A stretch of DNA of 64,000 nucleotides from the human T2T-CHM13v2.0 reference genome, Homo sapiens, in assembly GCF_009914755.1 (NCBI RefSeq), contig NC_060948.1. One strand, written 5' to 3'. The notes under the pieces are model-generated. The model saw only the letters and a program-made list of their open reading frames with translations, made no database searches and was not told where the DNA came from. Shown here piece after piece: positions 56,891 through 64,000 of this stretch. Every line of letters starts with the position of its first letter. The first letter of the stretch is position 1. The position numbers and the translations under genes were made by a program.

Positions 56891-59800
56891 GGACTCCAAT
56901 GGAATGGATTCAAAAGGAATGGAATCGTACGGAATGGAATCTAATGGAATGGAATTAAATGGAAATGAATCAAATTGAACAGCACGGAATTGAATTGAAT
57001 GGAATGGAATGCAATGGAATCTAATGAAACGGAAAGGAAAGGAATGGAATGGAATGGAATGGGCTGGAATGGAAAGGAATCGAAACGAATGGAATGGAAT
57101 CGAACTGAAGAGACTGGAATGGAATGCACTGGAATGGAAGGGAGTGTAATGGAAGGTTCTCGAAAAAAATGGAATGGAATGGAATGGAATTGAATGGAAC
57201 GGAATAGAGTCGAATGGAATTGAATGGAATGGAATGGACTAGAGTGAAATGGAATCGAACCACAAGGAATGGACAGGAATAGAATGGTCTCGAATTGAAT
57301 GGAATCGTATGGAATGGCATCAAACGGAATGGAATGGACAGCCACGGAATAGAATGCACTCGAATGCAATGGAGTCGAAACTAATGGACTGGAATAGAAT
57401 GGACTCGACTGGTACGGACTCCAATGGAATGGAATCGAATGGAAGGGAATCGAACGGAATGGACTCGAAGGGACAAGACTGCAATGGAAAGGTCTCGAAT
57501 GGAATGGAAATTAATGGAATGGAATGGAATCGAATGAAATGGAGTCAAAAGGAATGGAATCGAATGGCAAGAAATCGAATGTAATGGAATCGCAAGGAAT
57601 TGATGTGAACGGAACGGAATGGAATGGAATCCAAAGGAATGGAATAGAATGGAATGGAATCGAATGGAAAGGTCTCGAATGGAAATCACTCGAATAGAAT
57701 GCAATTTAATAAAATAGGATCAAATGTAATGGAATGGAATGGAAAGGAATCGAAACGAAAGGAATGGAGACAGATGGAATGGAATGGAACAGAGAGCAAT
57801 GGTATAGAATGGAATGGAATCATCTGGAATGGAATTGAATGGAATGGAATAATATGAAATGGAATGGAATGGAATGGAATGGAATGCCCTTGAATTAAAT
57901 GGACTGGAATGGAATGGACTCGAACAGAGTGGAATGGAAAGTGTTGAGATAGAATGGAATGGACTCCTTTGGAATGGTCTAGTATGCAATGCAATCGACT
58001 GGTAGGGAATCAAAAGGAATGTAATCGAATGGATTGGACTGGAATGCAATGGACTCGAATAGATTGGAAACGGAATGCAAAGGAATGGAATGGAATAGTA
58101 TGGAATGGAATGGAAAGGAATGGAGTGGAATAGACTAGAGTGGAATGGAATGGACTGGAAAGCAATGGACTGGAATGGAACTTTCTTGAATGGACTGGAA
58201 TCAAACGGAATGGAATGCAATGCAATCAAATGGCATGGAATAAAATAGAATGAAAGAGAATCAAATGGAATTGAATCGAATGGAATCGAATGGATTGGAA
58301 AGGAATAGAATGGAATGGAATGGAATTGACTCAAATGGAATGGACTAGAATGGAATGGATTCGAATGGAAGGCAAAGGAATGGAATCTATTGGAATGGAC
58401 TGTAATGGAATGGAATGGAAGGGATTGGAATGGACTCGAATGGAATGGACTGCAATAGAAAGGATTCGAATGGAATGAAAAAGAATTGAATGGAATAGAA
58501 CAGAATGGAATCAAATCGAATGAAATGGAATGGAATAGAAAGGAATGGAATGAAATGGAATGGAAAGGATTCGAATGGAATGCAATCGAATGGAATGGAA
58601 TCGAACGGAATGGAATAAAATGGAAGAAAACTGGCAAGAAATGGAATCGAAATGAATGGAGTGTTATGGAACGGACTCAAAAGGAATTGAATGTAATAGA
58701 ATGGAGTGGAGTGGACTCGAATATAATGGACTGGAATGGAATGAAATCACATGGAATGGGAACGAATGGAATGGAATGGAAAGGAATGGAATCGAATGGA
58801 AAGGAATCGAATGGAAGGGAATGAAATTGAATCAACAGGAATGGAAGGGAATAGAATAGACGGTAATGGAATGGACTCGAATAGAATGGACACGAATGCT
58901 CAAATTGAATGGACTCGAATGGAATGGAAACGAAAGGAATGTCATCGAATGGAATTGAATCGATTGGAATGAAATCGCATAGAATGGAGTGGAATCAAAT
59001 GGAATTGAATCGAAAGGAAAGGAAGCGAATGGACTGAAATGAAATGGAATGGAATTGAATGGAAAGTAATGCAATGGAATAGAATGGAACGAAATTTCAC
59101 GGAATGGAATCAAACTGAATGGAATCAAATCAATGGAATCTAATCAAATGGAATGGAAAGGAATTGAATGGAGTAGATTGGATTGGATGGGATTGGAATG
59201 AAATGTACTGGAAAGGACTCGAATTTCATGAAACGGAATGGAATGAATTGGAACGGAATGGACTCGAATGGAATGGAATGTCATGGAATGGCATCAAATG
59301 GAATGGCATCAAATGGAATGGAATCGAATGCAATGGAATGCTATGGAATGGAATGGAATGCATTGGAATGGAATGTCCTCTAATGGAATGGATTCGAGTG
59401 GAATGGAATCGAATATAATGGAGTCGAATGAAATGGAATTGAAAAGAATGGGATCGAATACAATGGAATATACTGGAATGTAACGTAATGAACTCGAATG
59501 TAATTGACTGGAATGGAATGTACATGAATGGAATGTAATCGAATGGAAAGTAATCCAATGGAATAGAAACTAATGCAATAAAATCGACTCAAATAGAGTA
59601 GAATGTAATGGAATGGAGTGCAGTGCAATGGAATGGAATGGAATGGAATGCAATGGAATGGAATGGAATGGAATGGAATGGGATGGAATGGTGTGGAATG
59701 GATAGTAATGGACTGGTGTGAAATGGACTGGAAAGGAATGGACTCAAATTGAAAGGGCTCGAAAGGAATGGAGTCAAATGGAATGGTCTGGAATGGAATG

Positions 59801-60439
59801 AACACGAATGTAATGCAATCCAATAGAATGGAATCGAATGGCATGGAATATAAAGAAATGGAATCGAAGAGAATGGAAACAAATGGAATGGAATTGAATG
59901 GAATGGAATTGAATGGAATGGGAAGGAATGGAGTGAAATTGTATGCAGTAGAAGAGAATAGAATGGAATGCAAGTGAAAGGAAAGGAATGGATTGGAATG
60001 GAATGGAATTCATTGGAATGGAAGGGAATGTAGTGTAATGGACAGGCCTGGAATAAAGTGGAATGCTACGGTCTCGAATGGAATAAAAATGTATGGAATG
60101 GAATGCAATGAAACGGAATCGAATGTCATAGAATGTAATGGAATGCAAAAAAATGGAATCCAAAATCATTGACTGGAAAGGCTGGGTGTCGAAAGGAATT
60201 GACTCCAATGGAATGGAATCGAATGGAATGGAAGTGAATAGAATCGAACTAAATCGAATGGAATGGAATTGATAGGAACGGAATGGAAAGGAATGCAATG
60301 ATTTGGCATGGAATGGAATCGAATGGCATCGAATGGAATGGAATGGAATGCAATGGAATGGAATGTATTAGAATGTAGTGAACTTTAATGGAATGTACTC
60401 GAATGGATTCGACTGGAATGGAATGTTCTGGAAGTGAAT
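56891..60439 (+). repeat. HOR unit 17 (3549 bp), type W
   Basis: Shortest variable tract (10 pentamers); private GGACAAGACT, GGTAGGG, CAAGTGAA. Confidence 0.9.
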
Positions 60440-63400
60440 GGACTCCAATGGAATGGATTCAAAAGGAATGGAATCGTACGGAATGGAATCTAATGGAATG
60501 GAATTAAATGGAAATGAATCAAATTGAATAGCACGGAATTGAATTGAATGGAATGGAATGCAATGGAATCTAATGAAACGGAAAGGAAAGGAATGGAATG
60601 GAATGGAATGGGCTGGAATGGAAAGGAATCGAAACGAATGGAATGGAATCGAACTGAAGAGACTGGAATGGAATGCACTGGAATGGAAGGGAGTGTAATG
60701 GAAGGTTCTCGAAAAAAATGGAATCGAATGGAATGGAATTGAATGGAACGGAATAGAGTCGAATGGAATTGAATGGAATGGAATGGACTAGAGTGAAATG
60801 GAATCGAACCACAAGGAATGGACAGGAATAGAATGGTCTCGAATTGAATGGAATCGTATGGAATGGCATCAAACGGAATGGAATGGACAGCCACGGAATG
60901 GAATGCACTCGAATGCAATGGAGTCGAAACTAATGGACTGGAATAGAATGGACTCGACTGGTACGGACTCCAATGGAATGGAATCGAATGGAAGGGAATC
61001 GAACGGAATGGACTCGAAGGGAAAAGACTGCAATGGAAAGGTCTCGAATGGAATGGAAATTAATGGAATGGAATGGAATCGAATGAAATGGAGTCAAAAG
61101 GAATGGAATCGAATGGCAAGAAATCGAATGTAATGGAATCGCAAGGAATTGATGTGAACGGAACGGAATGGAATGGAATCCAAAGGAATGGAATAGAATG
61201 GAATGGAATCGAATGGAAAGGACTCGAATGGAAATCACTCGAATAGAATGCAATTTAATAAAATAGGATCAAATGTAATGGAATGGAATGGAAAGGAATC
61301 GAAACGAAAGGAATGGAGACAGATGGAATGGAATGGAACAGAGAGCAATGGTATAGAATGGAATGGAATCATCTGGAATGGAATTGAATGGAATGGAATA
61401 ATATGAAATGGAATGGAATGGAATGGAATGCCCTTGAATTAAATGGACTGGAATGGAATGGACTCGAACAGAGTGGAATGGAAAGTGTTGAGATAGAATG
61501 GAATGGACTCGTTTGGAATGGTCTAGTAGGCAATGCAATCGACTGGCAGGGAATCAAAAGGAATGTAATGGAATGGATTGGACTGGAATGCAATGGACTC
61601 GAATAGATTGGAAACGGAATGCAAAGGAATGGAATGGAATAGTATGGAATGGAATGGAAAGGAATGCAGTGGAATAGACTAGAGTGGAATGGAATGGACT
61701 GGAAAGCAATGGACTGGAATGGAACTTTCTTGAATGGACTGGAATCAAACGGAATGGAATGCAATGCAATCAAATGGCATGGAATAAAATAGAATGAAAG
61801 AGAATCAAATGGAATTGAATCGAATGGAATCGAATGGATTGGAAAGGAATAGAATGGAATGGAATGGAATTGACTCAAATGGAATGGACTAGAATGGAAT
61901 GGATTCGAATGGAAGGCAAAGGAATGGAATCTATTGGAATGGACTGTAATGGAATGGAATGGAAGGGATTGGAATGGACTCGAATGGAATGGACTGCAAT
62001 AGAAAGGATTCGAATGGAATGAAAAAGAATTGAATGGAATAGAACAGAATGGAATCAAATCGAATGAAATGGAATGGAATAGAAAGGAATGGAATGAAAT
62101 GGAATGGAAAGGATTCGAATGGAATGCAATCGAATGGAATGGAATCGAACGGAATGGAATAAAATGGAAGAAAACTGGCAAGAAATGGAATCGAAATGAA
62201 TGTAGTGTTATGGAACGGACTCAAAAGGAATTGAATGTAATAGAATGGAGTGGAGTGGACTCGAATATAATGGACTGGAATGGAATGAAATCACATGGAA
62301 TGGGAACGAATGGAATGGAATGGAAAGGAATGGAATCGAATGGAAAGGAATCGAATGGAAGGGAATGAAATTGAATCAACAGGAATGGAAGGGAATAGAA
62401 TAGACGGTAATGGAATGGACTCGAATAGAATGGACACGAATGCTCAAATTGAATGGACTCGAATGGAATGGAAACGAAAGGAATGTCATCGAATGGAATT
62501 GAATCGATTGGAATGAAATCGCATAGAATGGAGTGGAATCAAATGGAATTGAATCGAAAGGAAAGGAAGCGAATGGACTGAAATGAAATGGAATGGAATT
62601 GAATGGAAAGTAATGCAATGGAATAGAATGGAACGAAATTTCACGGAATGGAATCAAACTGAATGGAATCAAACCAATGGAATCAAATCAAATGGAATGG
62701 AAAGGAATTGAATGGAGTAGATTGGATTGGATGGGATTGGAATGAAATGTACTGGAAAGGACTCGAATTTCATGAAACGGAATGGAATGAATTGGAACGG
62801 AACGGACTCGAATGGAATGGAATGTCGTGGAATGGCATCAAATGGAATGGCATCAAATGGAATGGAATCGAATGCAATGGAATGCTATGGAATGGAATGG
62901 AATGCATTTTAATGGAATGTCCTCTAATGGAATGGATTCGAGTGGAATGGAATCGAATATAATGGAGTCGAATGAAATGGAATTGAAAGGAATGGGATCG
63001 AATAGAATGGAATATACTGGAATGTAATGTAATGAACTCGAATGTAATTGACTGGAATGGAATGTACATGAATGGAATGTAATCGAATGGAAAGTAATCC
63101 AATGGAATAGAATCTAATGCAATAAAATCGACTCAGATAGAGTAGAATGTAATGGAATGGAGTGCAGTGCAATGGAATGGAATGGTATGGAATGCAACAG
63201 AATGGAATGGAATGGAATGGAATGGAATGGAATGGAATGGTGTGGAATGGATAGTAATGGACTGGAGTGAAATGGACTGGAAAGGAATGGACTCAAATTG
63301 AATGGGCTCGAAAGGAATGGAGTCAAATGGAATGGTCTGGAATGGAATGAACACGAATGTAATGCAATCCAATAGAATGGAATCGAATGGCATGGAATAT

Positions 63401-63988
63401 AAAGAAATGGATTCGAAGAGAATGGAAACAAATGGAATGGAATTGAGTGGAATGGAATTGAATGGAATGGGAACCAATGGAGTGAAATTGTATGCAGTAG
63501 AAGAGAATAGAATGGAATGCAAGCGAAAGGAAAGGAATGGATTGGAATGGAATGGAATTCATTGGAATGGAAGGGAATGTAGTGTAATGGACAGGCCTCG
63601 AATAAAGTGGAATGCTACGGTCTCGAATGGAATAAAAATGTATGGAATGGAATGCAATGAAACGGAATCGAATGTCATAGAATGTAATGGAATGCAAAAA
63701 AATGGAATCCAAAATCATTGACTGGAAAGGCTGGGTGTCGAAAGGAATTGACTCCAATGGAATGGAATCGAATGGAATGGAAGTGAATAGAATCGAACTA
63801 AATCGAATGGAATGGAATTGATAGCAACGGAATGGAAAGGAATGCAATGATTTGGCATGGAATGGAATCGAATGGCATCGAATGGAATGGAATGGAATGC
63901 AATGGAATGGAATGTATTAGAATGTAATGAACTTTAATGGAATGTACTCGAATGGATTCGACTGGAATGGAATGTTCTGGAAGTGAAT
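60440..63988 (+). repeat. HOR unit 18 (3549 bp), type Z
   Basis: All Z markers of unit 16 recur at a +7098 offset; unit 19 begins at 63989. Confidence 0.9.
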
Positions 63989-64000
63989 GGACTCCAATGG

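Larger units (their letters stand above)
1..64000 (+). repeat. DYZ1: Human Satellite 3 (GGAAT/ATTCC)n array, DYZ1-type (Yq12 heterochromatin), ~3.55 kb higher-order repeat, 18 complete copies
   Basis: Every line is GGAAT or a variant pentamer (CGAAT, GGACT, GCAAT, TGAAT, AGAAT), with the purine-rich strand on + throughout. Unique landmarks such as ACAGGCCT, CACAAGG and GTGTTGAGAT recur every 3529-3579 bp. Two units are exactly 3564 bp, the classical DYZ1 unit length. One GAATTC and one GGCC are seen per unit. The HSat3 call is direct; the Y/DYZ1 assignment rests on established knowledge of the unit and was not confirmed by a search. Confidence 0.93.

Noticed and set aside
1-64000. CRISPR array, telomeric repeat, alpha satellite or HSat2
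   Set aside because: There is no repeat-spacer structure, no TTAGGG and no 171-bp monomer. CGAAT variants occur but not the regular CATTCGATTC-based ~23-26 bp HSat2 pattern.
1-64000. DYZ2/HSat1B block, Alu/L1 insertion or inversion
   Set aside because: No AT-rich or non-pentamer segment and no switch to the ATTCC strand was seen anywhere, and the unit lengths leave no room for an insert.
1-64000. A novel gene-encoded biological system
   Set aside because: The window contains no unique sequence. Everything is accounted for by a known satellite family and its internal rearrangements.

Overview
The whole 64 kb window is one uninterrupted, single-orientation satellite array. It is built from diverged (GGAAT)n pentamers, the Human Satellite 3 class, arranged in a ~3.55 kb higher-order unit. 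The window holds 18 complete units plus 12 bp. Unit lengths are 3529, 3579, 3544, 3544, 3539, 3544, 3549, 3540, 3564, 3564, 3569 x5 and 3549 x3. The unit size and the single EcoRI and single HaeIII/StuI site seen per unit match DYZ1, the HSat3 array of human Yq12 heterochromatin. I found no genes, RNA genes, transposons, DYZ2 blocks or inversions, and all ORFs are by-products of the stop-free pentamer. I found no new protein-coding system. The informative structure is (i) three perfect heat-shock elements per unit on a TEAD-motif background, (ii) four fixed pentamer phase breaks, (iii) nested recent duplications of 1, 2 and 3 units with recombinant units, and (iv) a bias towards 15-bp indels and a 15-bp out-of-register conversion. 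All comparisons were made by eye using diagnostic variants and the ORF track, not by computed alignment.
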